Source of the DNA: an uncultured Spirochaetota bacterium
GTDB lineage: Bacteria > Spirochaetota > UBA4802 > UBA5550
NCBI GenBank assembly: GCA_963827275.1
Contig: CAWHAA010000008.1
Location: forward strand, 486,244 to 550,243
Direction of reading: 5' to 3'
Length of the DNA: 64,000 bases
The position numbers were made by a program, and so were the translations under genes. Below are positions 51,456 through 61,846 of this stretch, one piece after another (positions within the stretch are counted from its first letter, which is position 1; each line of letters opens with the position of its first letter). A model generated the notes under the pieces. That model did not search any database. It had not been told where the DNA came from and saw nothing but the letters and a program-made list of their open reading frames with translations.

Positions 51456-53962
51456 ATCCTGCTGTGGCTCATGCGCGCGATGACCTCGTCCTGCAGCTCT
51501 TTGCCCACCGTGACGAAGTAGGCATTGTAGCCGGTGATGCGCACCAGCAGGTGCCGGTAGTCCCGGGGATGCTTCTGCGCGTCGCGCAGGACATCGGGGT
51601 CGAGCATGTTGACCTGCAGCGCGGAGCCGCCGTTTTCCGCGTATCCCCGGAGGAAGGCCTTGAATTTTTCACGGTGCTCCGGGTCGCCGACGATGGACGG
51701 GTTGAAGGTGATGGTATGGCTCGCGCCGTTGGGGAGCAGGTTGAGGTAGGCCCCCCAGTCCCCGTTCCCGTCGGCCGCCTTTCCGCCCAGCGCCTTGCCC
51801 ACGGAGTTTGTATTGGCGGTCGGGCCGTTGATGTCCGCGCCGTTGGAGGGGCAGATGGCGTTGGAGAGGAACCTGCCCTTCGGCCTGCCGTCGGGGCTTG
51901 CCGCCATGATGTACCCGTCGCCGGCCCAGTAGTTCCAGGAGAGCATGCCCGGCCGGAACTGCCGGTTGGTTGATTTCGTGCGGTGCTTCCAGGTCTCCTC
52001 GGTCCAGAGCTTCATCACGGCCAGGGCCATGGCGTCGGCGTCGTCGCTGTCACGGCCGTACTTGGGGGCCCGGTTTTTCGCCATCGTCTGCAAACGTTCG
52101 TGCCCGTCCCAGTTGTCCGCGAGGGCCCGCACAAGCTCCGCCATGGTGCACTTCTTCTCGTCGAATACCAGGTACTTCACGGCCAGGAGGGAGTCCACGG
52201 TGGTCGCGAAGGTGACCGCTTCCATGGTGGTGAAGCTGATCTCCGCGCCCCCCTGGGTAATGTCGATCCCCTTTTCCGCGCACCCCCTGACCAGGCAGGA
52301 GAGGTAGGGCGTGCGGAAGAACCGCGCCCGCGCCGACTCCGACGCCTCCTGCACCGCCGCGCATTTCGCGATGATGTATTCGGTCTGCCGGCGGTACGCG
52401 CCCCAGAACCGGTCCCATGTCCCGAACGCCGTTGCGTCGCCCGTTGCGGGCCCGTGCCGCCGGATTTTTTCGACCCTGCCGGTCATGACGTCAACGACCG
52501 GGTGCAGGTCGCTGCCCCCGGTGAGGGCCAGCTCCACCGCCTTCAGGAGGTTGATATTGTTGTCCACGGTCCCGGACCGGTCGTTGCCCTGCATGGTGTT
52601 TTCAAGGCAGCCCACCGGCGCGTAGTCGTGCACGGTATGGCTGTTGATGAGGTGCTCCAGTCCCGCCCTGCGCGCCTCGAGCATCATGCCCGCCATGGAG
52701 CGCTCGTCGAAGTTCAGGAGAAAGGGCGCGCCCTGGCTTGCGGCAATCATGTCCGTGACCCTGTCAAGGAGCGCGTCGGGGCTCCCCCGGTGGAGCCGGA
52801 CGTTCGGCTTCGGCTCCAGTATCGGCGAAAGCTCATCGATCACCTCGAGGATGGCGTAGGTAAGGTCGTTGGTCATATCCCTGCCGTCTTTGCCCAGGCC
52901 GGAGAGGGTGATGAGCTGCCCGTACCCGGCGGTGATGCCGTTGTTGCCGGTCCGGATCATGGCGTCGTAGGCGTGGTTGCAGTGGATCCAGAAGCACCTG
53001 AGGATCTCCTTGCCGAATTCGCGCTCCATGCCTTCAGCCAGGGACTTCTCCCAGTACGGGAGCAGGTACTGGTCGATCCGGCCGAACGAGACGCCCGGGC
53101 CCGGGTAGTTCTCGTCGCTCATGATAAGCATGTGGTTGAGCCACAGGGCCTGCACCGCCTGCCAGAAGTTCTGCGGCGGGTTCCAGGGCACGCTCTCCAG
53201 GTTCTCCGCCATGGCGGCACACTCGGCCTTCCGTGACGGGTCAGCCTCGCGGGACGCCAGGTCGCGGCAGAGGGCGGCGTATTTCGCCGCCAGGTCGCGC
53301 GGCATGGTGGCCGCGGTCATCATGGCGCGGAGCTGGCCCCCGCGGGGGCCCCGGTGCTCACGCATCGGCAGGGCGTTGTACCGTGCCACCAGGTCGGCGT
53401 GGACGCCCTTCCAGCCGAGGTGCAGGACGCGCGCGTGGTCAGGGATCAGGTGGCCGCTGGTCGCCCCCGCGTTGCCGTAGCCGTGGTCGTGGAACCATTT
53501 CACGAGGGCCCGCGCGCCCTTTTTTCCGAGGATCATCCGATCAAACTCTTTGCTCTCTTTTTTATTGAGGCAGAGCGAGCTCTGTACATTGAACCTGCCG
53601 CCGGCGATGAGGTCGCCCGGCAGCAATTCTTGCGGAAGATAGTCCACCATGACTTCCCTGGTGAACCAGGCGCGCCGCTCCGGGAGACTCCATGACCAGA
53701 AGTCCGGGTGCAGCTTCACCTCCCGTGCCGACAGCTTGAAGGACGACCGGAGGGTCTGCTGCAGCATGTAGGTCTCGGGCACGATGTAGTAGGTCATTTC
53801 GTTGTACACGGTGTCCCACGGCGATCCCGTGGTCCATGCGGTCTGCTCGTTTGTCCATGCCCGGTCAGCTCCCTTGAAGTAGTAATCGCGGAGCCACGTG
53901 ATACGGTCTGACAGCCCCCCGGGGGTTTTTATTCTCAGTTTTTGACTGCTGGCGGGTTGCAT
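51452..53962 (-). CDS. Glycyl radical enzyme (PFL superfamily) of unknown substrate
   Basis: SFGRIDQYL, Cys loop PVGCLE, PKYGRD, ASPDGR, Gly loop LVRITGYNAYF. Confidence 0.93.
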   Translation of the reverse strand: MQPASSQKLRIKTPGGLSDRITWLRDYYFKGADRAWTNEQTAWTTGSPWDTVYNEMTYYIVPETYMLQQTLRSSFKLSAREVKLHPDFWSWSLPERRAWFTREVMVDYLPQELLPGDLIAGGRFNVQSSLCLNKKESKEFDRMILGKKGARALVKWFHDHGYGNAGATSGHLIPDHARVLHLGWKGVHADLVARYNALPMREHRGPRGGQLRAMMTAATMPRDLAAKYAALCRDLASREADPSRKAECAAMAENLESVPWNPPQNFWQAVQALWLNHMLIMSDENYPGPGVSFGRIDQYLLPYWEKSLAEGMEREFGKEILRCFWIHCNHAYDAMIRTGNNGITAGYGQLITLSGLGKDGRDMTNDLTYAILEVIDELSPILEPKPNVRLHRGSPDALLDRVTDMIAASQGAPFLLNFDERSMAGMMLEARRAGLEHLINSHTVHDYAPVGCLENTMQGNDRSGTVDNNINLLKAVELALTGGSDLHPVVDVMTGRVEKIRRHGPATGDATAFGTWDRFWGAYRRQTEYIIAKCAAVQEASESARARFFRTPYLSCLVRGCAEKGIDITQGGAEISFTTMEAVTFATTVDSLLAVKYLVFDEKKCTMAELVRALADNWDGHERLQTMAKNRAPKYGRDSDDADAMALAVMKLWTEETWKHRTKSTNRQFRPGMLSWNYWAGDGYIMAASPDGRPKGRFLSNAICPSNGADINGPTANTNSVGKALGGKAADGNGDWGAYLNLLPNGASHTITFNPSIVGDPEHREKFKAFLRGYAENGGSALQVNMLDPDVLRDAQKHPRDYRHLLVRITGYNAYFVTVGKELQDEVIARMSHSRI

Positions 53963-53996
53963 GGCATCCTCCTCTGGCGTGTGCGGGGTACTGGGT

Positions 53997-54027
53997 ATAA
54001 TATAGCTGGTTATTGACGTTACGTCAA
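53997..54027 (-). promoter_or_regulatory. GRE operon promoter with a palindromic operator over the -35 box
   Basis: Minus strand TTGACG-N17-TATATT (or N19-TATTAT); palindrome TTGACGT-N-ACGTCAA at 54013-54027. Confidence 0.65.
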
Positions 54028-54371
54028 GCTACCTCATCCCCCCATTGTATCCCCAGCAGGGGCGTTTGATGGATTTTCCCTGTATTGTCGCGCCTGTTGT
54101 TTGCCGTCTGGCATTGATTGTCCCATGGGATGCGCTTTTTAAAAAAACTAAAAAAGCCTTGCATGCCCGGCTATTGCCGGTAATCATTAATCATACCGCC
54201 AGCAGCGGACAGTTCCGGCCAGGGATTTTTCGGATGCGGCCTTTCCCGTAAGCGGGTTCGCATTTCCCCGCTCAAGGCTTTTTGCGGTGAAGCGGTTTTA
54301 TCTGACAGGGAACAGGTGCCGGAAGGCTGTAATGGAGCAGTTCCCCGTATATTAAAACAAGGAAGACCGTT

Positions 54372-55244
54372 ATGCTGAACAGGAAGATCTGGTACATGGC
54401 CGGTGCGTGCGTTGTCGCAGTATATCTTTTCGCCTGTACCGGACACGCATATTCAGAGGAGCCGGGGAGCGTAACCGTCGCGGAAAAAGAAAAGCGCAAA
54501 GTGACCGTCTCCATCGCCTTCACGGCGTACTACGCGAACTGGGCGCCGGTATGGAAAATATACCGCAAAAAATTCCCGGTTTATACGGAGAGAGATTTTT
54601 CGCTCCCGAAAGGCACGTTCATGTATGGTCCGTCCGTATCGCTGACTGTGGACCGGTGGCAGATTTCAGGGAGCTTCCTGTATGGCGAATTCAAGGGGAG
54701 CCTGCTTTCGTATGATTTCCTGCCCCCCCTTTTTTCCGCTGGAGCTTCCTATATCCTTCCGTACAGCTCGTCGCTTAAAGCGAAGAAATATGACTGCGAT
54801 CTGCTTGTCGGCTACCATATTAATGCCCTGCTCAAATTTTTCTTCGGCCCCAAGTACCAGGGCTATCAATATAAAAAAAATAATTCCACGAACCTGATTT
54901 TCACAACATCGACCGAGGATATAAAATATCATTCCGGCGGGTTGGGCGTCGGCGTGGGATGTACGCTGCCCATTACGGGAGACCTCTTCCTGCTGATGAA
55001 ATTTTCCGGCGTGGTGCTTGTCGGCTCGCAGAAGGGAAGCAGTGACCATGGCGACCGGACCTCGGTCGCGTATGGCGGGAATGAAATAGTTACCCTCGCG
55101 TATCATATACGGGCGATAAAAACAGTCATTTCCGTCGGAGGGAGGCTCCAGTATCTCTATTTTCACATTACTCCTCATAGATATTATCCGACCAGGCACG
55201 ATATATTTTACGGCATCAACATGTCTGCGGGGGTCTCCTTCTGA
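54372..55244 (+). CDS. Putative outer-membrane beta-barrel protein
   Basis: Signal peptide; alternating aromatic/Gly strands; terminal Phe (GVSF). Confidence 0.7.
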   Translation: MLNRKIWYMAGACVVAVYLFACTGHAYSEEPGSVTVAEKEKRKVTVSIAFTAYYANWAPVWKIYRKKFPVYTERDFSLPKGTFMYGPSVSLTVDRWQISGSFLYGEFKGSLLSYDFLPPLFSAGASYILPYSSSLKAKKYDCDLLVGYHINALLKFFFGPKYQGYQYKKNNSTNLIFTTSTEDIKYHSGGLGVGVGCTLPITGDLFLLMKFSGVVLVGSQKGSSDHGDRTSVAYGGNEIVTLAYHIRAIKTVISVGGRLQYLYFHITPHRYYPTRHDIFYGINMSAGVSF

Positions 55245-55320
55245 TCCCGTTCCATTCATCCTTGTGTACTACCGGGTACCGGTCGTGCCGATAGATTATT
55301 AAAAACGAGACAGGCCTGAC

Positions 55321-56289
55321 ATGAAAATATCCCTGAAAGTATTTTGTATGATAACCGCTGCAGTAACCCTTGCGGTCGCGCCCGGGCTCTACCCGCAGGG
55401 CATCGTGAAGAAGAGGTCGGCCGCGGACAGGGAAGCGATTGCCCGCCAGCGCGCGGCGGACCAGGCCCGCATCGAAGCAATCAGGCGAGACCTCGGCGCG
55501 TTCCGGGACGAAATGAACCGGCGGCTGGCGCCTGACAGCACGACCCGCATCGATGACCCGGTCGATATCGACAGCATCGACGGCATCAACCGGCAGGACC
55601 ATTCCCACCCGGACAGGAAGGTCCCTCCGCGCGAGCATGCGTATGTAAGCGGCGACAAGGCGGTGCTGCGGTCCGAGGGGAGGCTGGAGAGCGGCATCGT
55701 GGGCCGCCTGGAGTTCCGCGAGCGTGTCGAGGTGATCGCCCAGACGGAGCGGATCGACACGATACAGAATGTTGAAGCGCCGTGGGTGCTGGTGCGCCGC
55801 GAGAGCGGCGATGAGGGCTGGGTATTCGGGGCCTTTTTGCAGAAGACGGCGCCGGAGCGGAAAGAGGACTTCGGGACATTGGACAGGGAGAAGAAGGGGC
55901 GTGATTTCAGCGCGCCCCTCGAGGGCAGGATAACGGGCAGGTACGGGTACCGGGTCCACCCGGTGACGAAGCGGCGCGAATCGTTCCACGCGGGGCTTGA
56001 CATCGCGGCGAAGGAGGGCACGCCGGTGAAGGCGTCCGCTGACGGGACCGTGGTGAAGGCGGAGTATATGAGGAACGGGTACGGGAAGCTCATTGTCATC
56101 GAGCACGAGAAGGAGCTTGCCACCTTTTACGGCCACCTGTCCGGGATCGGGGTGAAGGTCGGGCAGAAGGTGCGGCGCGGCGACGTTATCGGCGCCGTGG
56201 GCAGGACCGGCAGGGCGACCGGCGCACACCTCCATTTCGAGGTGCGCCGGGGAGGCGCCGCCTGCGACCCGGAGGCGTTTCTGCCGTAA
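55321..56289 (+). CDS. M23 family peptidoglycan metallopeptidase with SH3 domain
   Basis: Signal peptide; EGWVFGAFL; HAGLD; YGHL; GAHLHFEVR. Confidence 0.92.
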   Translation: MKISLKVFCMITAAVTLAVAPGLYPQGIVKKRSAADREAIARQRAADQARIEAIRRDLGAFRDEMNRRLAPDSTTRIDDPVDIDSIDGINRQDHSHPDRKVPPREHAYVSGDKAVLRSEGRLESGIVGRLEFRERVEVIAQTERIDTIQNVEAPWVLVRRESGDEGWVFGAFLQKTAPERKEDFGTLDREKKGRDFSAPLEGRITGRYGYRVHPVTKRRESFHAGLDIAAKEGTPVKASADGTVVKAEYMRNGYGKLIVIEHEKELATFYGHLSGIGVKVGQKVRRGDVIGAVGRTGRATGAHLHFEVRRGGAACDPEAFLP

Positions 56290-56481
56290 GCGCGCGCTTT
56301 GACACGGCGCGATTACCGGCAGCGGGTAAATTTGACATATCAAAAATTTTTTTCTTGCTAATAATATACCTTCCTGTTATGCTATTATACTAATAGGGCA
56401 TATTATCCAATCGCGGACCGATGCTGGCCCCCCGGGCGCATGGGCCGGGGATCCGGATATGCAAATGCTGCCCGGTAACAG

Positions 56482-58581
56482 ATGAAAAAAATTAACTTCC
56501 TATTCATACTCGCCCTGTCCGCAGTCGCCTTTTCCGGTCATTTTTTCCCCTCGCTCGCAAAACCCGTGTTGCTGCATGAGGCCTTTACCAGGGTCCCGGT
56601 CGGGCAGGTAATGGAATACCTGGTTGACCCTGGCGGCCGTCTCACCATCGATGATGTGCGGGGCGGAACATGTGCCGGCCGCTGGGAAAGATCGAGCAAC
56701 GACGGTCCCGGGTTTGGCTTCACCAACGACGTGTACTGGGTCAGGGTCACGGTTGAGAATACGACAGCCTACGGGTTCGAGTTTTACCTGGAGCAGGCCT
56801 ACCCGCTTATCGACAACATCCGGCTGTATGCCCCCGGAAGAACGGGCTTCAGGGTCACTGAAGTCGGGCGGCTGAAGCCCTTTAACGAGCGGCCCTTCAA
56901 CTACCGGACCTTCGTATTCCCGGTTACGCTCGGTGCCGGAGAGACGGCGACCTATTACCTCCGGTACCAGACCACGAGCTCGATGAACCTGGTGCTGGTC
57001 GTCTGGTCACCCGCTGCATTTGACGAGGCGAAGACCACGGAACAATACATGCTGGCGATATTCTACTCCGTCATCCTCATGATAATCGTCTATAACCTGT
57101 TCCTGTTCTTCATCATCCGGTGGCTCGAGTTCCTCTATTTCTTCCTGTGGGGCGGCCTCTACCTCGTATTCATGGCGGCACTCAACGGGACCGCGTTTGA
57201 ATTCCTGTGGCCCGATTCCCCGCGGTGGGCGAGCTTCTGCGTGCCGGTTATCCTCTGCGTGATGTTTTTCTTTATAGTGATCTTTTGCGCCGAGGTGGTG
57301 GCGCTGAGGGCGGACCGCGACAGGTTTCGGTACAGGGACATTGTCTATAAATTGATGGCCGCCATTGAATGCCTGATTGCCGTACTGTTCGTCGCCTGTT
57401 TTTTTATCCCGTACCGGTATGCCATGCTGAGCACGACGCTGATGGCGGGCATGGCGCTTGTCGCCATCAGCATCATGGGGCTGGTGCTGATCTTCAAGGA
57501 GCGGAACCGGCAGGCGGTCTTCGGCCTGGCGGCGTTCATGCCGATCATGGTCGGCGCCATGACGTTCGTTTTCAAGACCCTGTCGCTTGTGCCGACGAAT
57601 TTTTTTACCGAGTGGGCGGTCCATATCGGCAGCGTGTTCATGGCCATCCTCTGCTCGATCGTCCTCGCCGACAAGGTCAACACGATCCGGAAGGAGCTCG
57701 CGGTCATGAACGTGAGCCTCGAGCAGAAGGTCGATGACCGCACGAAGATGCTCCATCAGGCAAACGAGGAGCTCGAGGTGATAAATGACAGCCTGATGCG
57801 GACGAATTCCGACCTTGCGGAGGCCCAGCGCATCGCCCGGCTCGACATGGAGATGGCGGTGCAGGTGCAGCGGACCCTGCTGCCTGGCGCGCCGCCCCGG
57901 CCCAGGGGCTGGGACATCGCCCTTGCTTTCAGGCCGATGGCCGGGATCTCGGGGGACATCTATGATTTTTACACTTCGGATGACGACCTGGAAGGGCTGG
58001 CGATCTTTGACGTTTCCGGCCACGGCATCGCGTCCGGGCTCATCACCATGATTGCGCGCTCCGTGTTCCACCGGCATTTCACCAGGGGGCGGCTCCTGCC
58101 CCTCTCGCGGGTGATTCACAACGCGAACCAGGACCTGATCACGGAAATCGGCAAGGTGGACAACTACCTCACCGGGATCCTGCTGCGCTTCGCGGGGGAC
58201 ATGGTGGAATACGTGAATGCCGCGCATTCCGACCTCGTGGTGCGGCGGGAGGGTTCCGGCACGGTGGAGATCGTCAACATGCCGGACCGCGACGTGAAGG
58301 GCCTCTTCCTCGGCGCGATGGGGGTTGACCTGCCCTACGAGCAGATGCGCTTCCCCCTGTCGCCGGGCGACATGCTCCTCCTCTATACCGATTGCCTGTA
58401 CGAAGAAAAGGACCGGCACGGGGAGCAGTACGGGATGGAGCGGCTTGTCGCGTCATTCAGGGACGCGCCGTCCGCCCCGGCGCAGCAGGTGCTCGATTTC
58501 GTGCTCAAGCAATTTCATGATTTCGTCGGAAGCGTGCGGCTCAGGGACGACCTGACCGTGATCGTGCTCAAAAAGAGTTAG
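56482..58581 (+). CDS. 7TM-DISM sensor with SpoIIE/PP2C phosphatase
   Basis: GFTNDVYW, YNLFLF, 7 TM segments, SGDIYD, DVSGHG, YTD, DDLT. Confidence 0.92.
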   Translation: MKKINFLFILALSAVAFSGHFFPSLAKPVLLHEAFTRVPVGQVMEYLVDPGGRLTIDDVRGGTCAGRWERSSNDGPGFGFTNDVYWVRVTVENTTAYGFEFYLEQAYPLIDNIRLYAPGRTGFRVTEVGRLKPFNERPFNYRTFVFPVTLGAGETATYYLRYQTTSSMNLVLVVWSPAAFDEAKTTEQYMLAIFYSVILMIIVYNLFLFFIIRWLEFLYFFLWGGLYLVFMAALNGTAFEFLWPDSPRWASFCVPVILCVMFFFIVIFCAEVVALRADRDRFRYRDIVYKLMAAIECLIAVLFVACFFIPYRYAMLSTTLMAGMALVAISIMGLVLIFKERNRQAVFGLAAFMPIMVGAMTFVFKTLSLVPTNFFTEWAVHIGSVFMAILCSIVLADKVNTIRKELAVMNVSLEQKVDDRTKMLHQANEELEVINDSLMRTNSDLAEAQRIARLDMEMAVQVQRTLLPGAPPRPRGWDIALAFRPMAGISGDIYDFYTSDDDLEGLAIFDVSGHGIASGLITMIARSVFHRHFTRGRLLPLSRVIHNANQDLITEIGKVDNYLTGILLRFAGDMVEYVNAAHSDLVVRREGSGTVEIVNMPDRDVKGLFLGAMGVDLPYEQMRFPLSPGDMLLLYTDCLYEEKDRHGEQYGMERLVASFRDAPSAPAQQVLDFVLKQFHDFVGSVRLRDDLTVIVLKKS

Positions 58582-58634
58582 GATATCCGCCCGGGGTTTT
58601 TCCCGCCGGGGCCGCGGTGCGGCCCGTTCAGGAT

Positions 58635-60233
58635 CTAATACGCATAGGGGTAGCAGGGTGACGGCGCACTCCATTCACCGTACAGGTCCATGCCGCGGAC
58701 GGTGAATCCATAGATCGTGCCCTCAGCGAGGGAGAGCTCGGTCAGCGGGAAATGGATGCCCCGGTCGCGCTGTTCCTGGCTGACGGGGAAGGAGTAGGTC
58801 CCGATGAGGGCGCCCCTGCACGATCCGGACCGCGCCGTTATCTCGATTTCACGGCAGTACGGCGGGACCGAGACCGCCAGCTCTACCTGCCCCTGGCCCT
58901 GGGTGCGGTCGCCGAAGATGACCGGCGCCTCAACCTCGCGGCTGCTCACGACCGCCCACGGGCCCGCCTCGCCCTCGCGGCCCCTGCCGTCCACCGCTGC
59001 GACGCGGTAGTAAAAATTCATGGCCGCAGGCAGGCCGTATGCCTCGTACTCGTTGTCCGGGCCGTAATCGGTGAAAGAGGTGACGGTGTCACCGCTGCTG
59101 CCCGCGATGGCGGCGATCAGGGCGTTGCCGTCCACCGACCTGCCGTAGACGTTGTACGATGACGCGCCCGCGATGTTCGTGATGGCAATGCCGATGGCGT
59201 TGCCGTGGACCTCGAGGCGCACCTCGGGCGCGGGGAGGATGTCCGTGATGTATGTCTTGAACACGTAATCGGAAATGTCGATGGGGCCGGTCCCGTCGAT
59301 GATCATGCCTTTTATCACGATGAATTTGTCGCCGTTGCTCAGGACGGGCTCCTCCGGGTCGCCAATGCTGTCGTCCATGTCGGCGATGATCAGCACGTCG
59401 TACACGCCCGAATTCAGGTCGCGGCTCATGTTGTTCCCGAGGTCGTTCCCGTAATGGTTCAGCTTCACGAAGCTCGTCCCGCCGTCATACCGGTATGCGT
59501 AGTAGCGGAGGGGGTCCCCGCCGGGGAAGTACATGTATACATAGATGGTGGCGTATCGCAGGTCTGTCCTGTTCGCCGATGTTATGGTGCCGGCGCACGG
59601 GTCGACGAGGTCCCGCTCCCGGACCGGCACGGTCGTGTCGCCGTTCACGGTAAAGTCTGCCCTGAAGCCCTTGTCGCCCTGGGCGCTGTCAAAACCGTCC
59701 GCGTTGAGGTCGAATTTTCCGTGCACCGTATAGGTGCCGCCCGGGAAGCGTTCCGCTGCGCCGGTATAGATGTTCAGGTAGTCGCTCGTGGCGTGGCGGA
59801 CCGCTGACCGGTGCTTCCCGTTTTCAAGGTGCGTGACGGTGCCGTACCCGATTTCTCCCCTGAAGGCGCCGCGGGAATCGAATACGAACCCGTAGATTTT
59901 CGCGTTGTGCATCGACGGGACGTTGAAGTCTATGGTGATGGCGCCGCGCGGGTCGGGCGCGCTCTCGACCGTGTCCCCCGTGATCGTAATATCGGGATGA
60001 TCTTCTATCTCCGCGGATTCTGAAAATTCCGTGGGTTCCGTATTTTCCGCGTCTACCGCGGAGCCGACAAAGGAGAGGGCGGCCAGGGACGGGGTGTCGG
60101 ACGTGTCATCGAAGCATGAGCTCGCTGAAACAAGCAGGATGCAGAGAAGAAGCGCCGCGGGTTTCAACCGGGATGGTCCCGCTGAAGGTGAACGATACGA
60201 TGTTGCCCTGCAATAATGTCCGTCGCCGCGCAT
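58635..60233 (-). CDS. Surface lipoprotein with duplicated Ig-like modules and FN3-like C-terminus
   Basis: Lipobox LLVSASSC; GASSYNVY, YYRVAAVD, YGFTVRG; start uncertain. Confidence 0.7.
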   Translation of the reverse strand: MRGDGHYCRATSYRSPSAGPSRLKPAALLLCILLVSASSCFDDTSDTPSLAALSFVGSAVDAENTEPTEFSESAEIEDHPDITITGDTVESAPDPRGAITIDFNVPSMHNAKIYGFVFDSRGAFRGEIGYGTVTHLENGKHRSAVRHATSDYLNIYTGAAERFPGGTYTVHGKFDLNADGFDSAQGDKGFRADFTVNGDTTVPVRERDLVDPCAGTITSANRTDLRYATIYVYMYFPGGDPLRYYAYRYDGGTSFVKLNHYGNDLGNNMSRDLNSGVYDVLIIADMDDSIGDPEEPVLSNGDKFIVIKGMIIDGTGPIDISDYVFKTYITDILPAPEVRLEVHGNAIGIAITNIAGASSYNVYGRSVDGNALIAAIAGSSGDTVTSFTDYGPDNEYEAYGLPAAMNFYYRVAAVDGRGREGEAGPWAVVSSREVEAPVIFGDRTQGQGQVELAVSVPPYCREIEITARSGSCRGALIGTYSFPVSQEQRDRGIHFPLTELSLAEGTIYGFTVRGMDLYGEWSAPSPCYPYAY

Positions 60234-60395
60234 TGCCGTCCCTTTTCCAATTGATGAAGATAGGTTATTAATGCCCGTCATCAGGATAAAATGTCAATAA
60301 CTTTACTGCCGCGCCGGGGAGGCAGTAAGGCAATGATGGCCTTCCCGGCGGAGAAAAGCCCGGAAGGCACGTGTCCCGCGCGGGAGCAGGCGGCC

Positions 60396-60632
60396 CTAGC
60401 CGCCGTACTTCATCATATAGAACACGACCGCCGCAATGATAATGACCGCCACGCAGGCGATGATGATGCCGACGGGCGCTTTTTTCGCGTAGGATTTTTT
60501 CTTCCATGTCTTCGGCTCGGCCGACATTTTTGTCGGCGCGTTAGGGTTCGCAACCGGCTTCTTGCAGTGCGGGCATTCGGTCGCGAACTCAAACACCGGT
60601 TTTCCGCAGTGAACGCAGTACGCAGTATTCAT
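60396..60632 (-). CDS. Zinc-ribbon protein with C-terminal membrane anchor
   Basis: CVHC-x10-CPHC; TM helix; GGAGAGG RBS. Confidence 0.8.
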   Translation of the reverse strand: MNTAYCVHCGKPVFEFATECPHCKKPVANPNAPTKMSAEPKTWKKKSYAKKAPVGIIIACVAVIIIAAVVFYMMKYGG

Positions 60633-60928
60633 ATCCCTCTCCTTGTAATCGGCATATGCGATTCTATGTTGTTATGTGCCTTTTTAAACGCCGCGCATCG
60701 GCGTTGTAAAAGGCATCCATCGAATATACAATGGATATGCGGTTTTGAAAAGCAAAACATTGAATTTTTATATTTTTTTTATAAACGAGTTAGAAGTGGT
60801 CGGCGGCATCCGTGCCGCCTTCTCGCCAGGACAGCCCCGTGCCCCTAAAATAAATCCAACAACGTTTTCTTCTTGATTTTATTTTCACTGCCCGGTATTG
60901 CTTCAATATAAACGACAGGAGCGCGGCC

Positions 60929-61318
60929 ATGCCGGAAGCGGGCGGTAAGACATTCGATTTTCAGGACGAGAGCGCCATTCGGGCCGATTTTCTCGAGGCC
61001 ATCGATTACAGCGGCAACCCGCAGGAGATCACCTATGAGACCGACGAATTTTCCGCCGTGTGTCCCTTCTCGGGCCTGCCCGATGCGGGGAAGATCGTTG
61101 TCGTGTATGTGCCGGACCGGCGCCTGGTGGAGCTGAAGTCGCTGAAGTACTACTTTGTATCGTTCCGTAATGTGGGAATATACCAGGAAGCGGCGACGGA
61201 CCGGATTTACCGCGACCTTCACCGCCTCCTTGCGCCCAGGCGGCTGATCGTGAAGAGCGTGTACAACATACGCGGCGGAATCGGGTCAACCTGCGTGATG
61301 GACTCGGAGAAGATGTGA
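60929..61318 (+). CDS. queF: PreQ0 (7-cyano-7-deazaguanine) reductase
   Basis: [26 protein letters not shown]. Confidence 0.93.
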   Translation: MPEAGGKTFDFQDESAIRADFLEAIDYSGNPQEITYETDEFSAVCPFSGLPDAGKIVVVYVPDRRLVELKSLKYYFVSFRNVGIYQEAATDRIYRDLHRLLAPRRLIVKSVYNIRGGIGSTCVMDSEKM

Positions 61319-61366
61319 CCGCGCGGGCATGCGCGGCCCGCGGTAACCAACGTCGCGACGGAGAGA

Positions 61367-61846
61367 GTGATGATCGATACACATAAAATAAAGATGGCGC
61401 CCGTCAGGTTCGTCGATTCGCTCCTTGACCGGATCTGCGCCGCCGCAGGGGCCGTCGCCTTCGCGCAGTTCCCCCAGTACCTGGTCCTCTATATCCAGCG
61501 GCTGGGCGGACACGTGGACGAGGCGTCGCGGAACGTCGACAAGTACCGCGAGATTGCGAAGGAGGTGGGGAAATCGCTCTACCAGTACAGCCAGCACCTC
61601 CTGGGATCGAACGACCCGGCGGTATTCAAGACCGGACAGAAGATCGCCCTTGATCTCCAGCGGTACGACAGCCTGGCCGGGGCGCTCAGGGAGCTTGAGG
61701 CCGCGCCCGCGTACAAGAAGTTTTTCGTGTTCCTCCAGAACATGGATTTCGATATCGCCCGCGCCACCCTGGCGAATTTCACCCCGGGCCTGCCGTTCAA
61801 CCTCGAGGGCGCTGCGTACGCGGCGGTCGGCATCGTCATCGGGATG
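61367..61846 (+). CDS. DUF2937-like membrane protein, 3' end cut by the sequence junction
   Basis: QFPQY..YIQRLGGHVDE, NFTPGLP; the last TM helix is interrupted at GIVIGM. Confidence 0.75.

Noticed and set aside
51452..53962. Pyruvate formate-lyase, CutC or benzylsuccinate synthase assignment
   Set aside because: Single-Cys GCLE loop; no microcompartment or small-subunit genes; a specific name cannot be supported
54120..54160. AAAAAACTAA resembling a preQ1-I tail
   Set aside because: No upstream hairpin with a complementary loop; unrelated gene context
60846..60928. preQ1 riboswitch upstream of queF
   Set aside because: No P1 stem-loop with an A-rich pseudoknot tail
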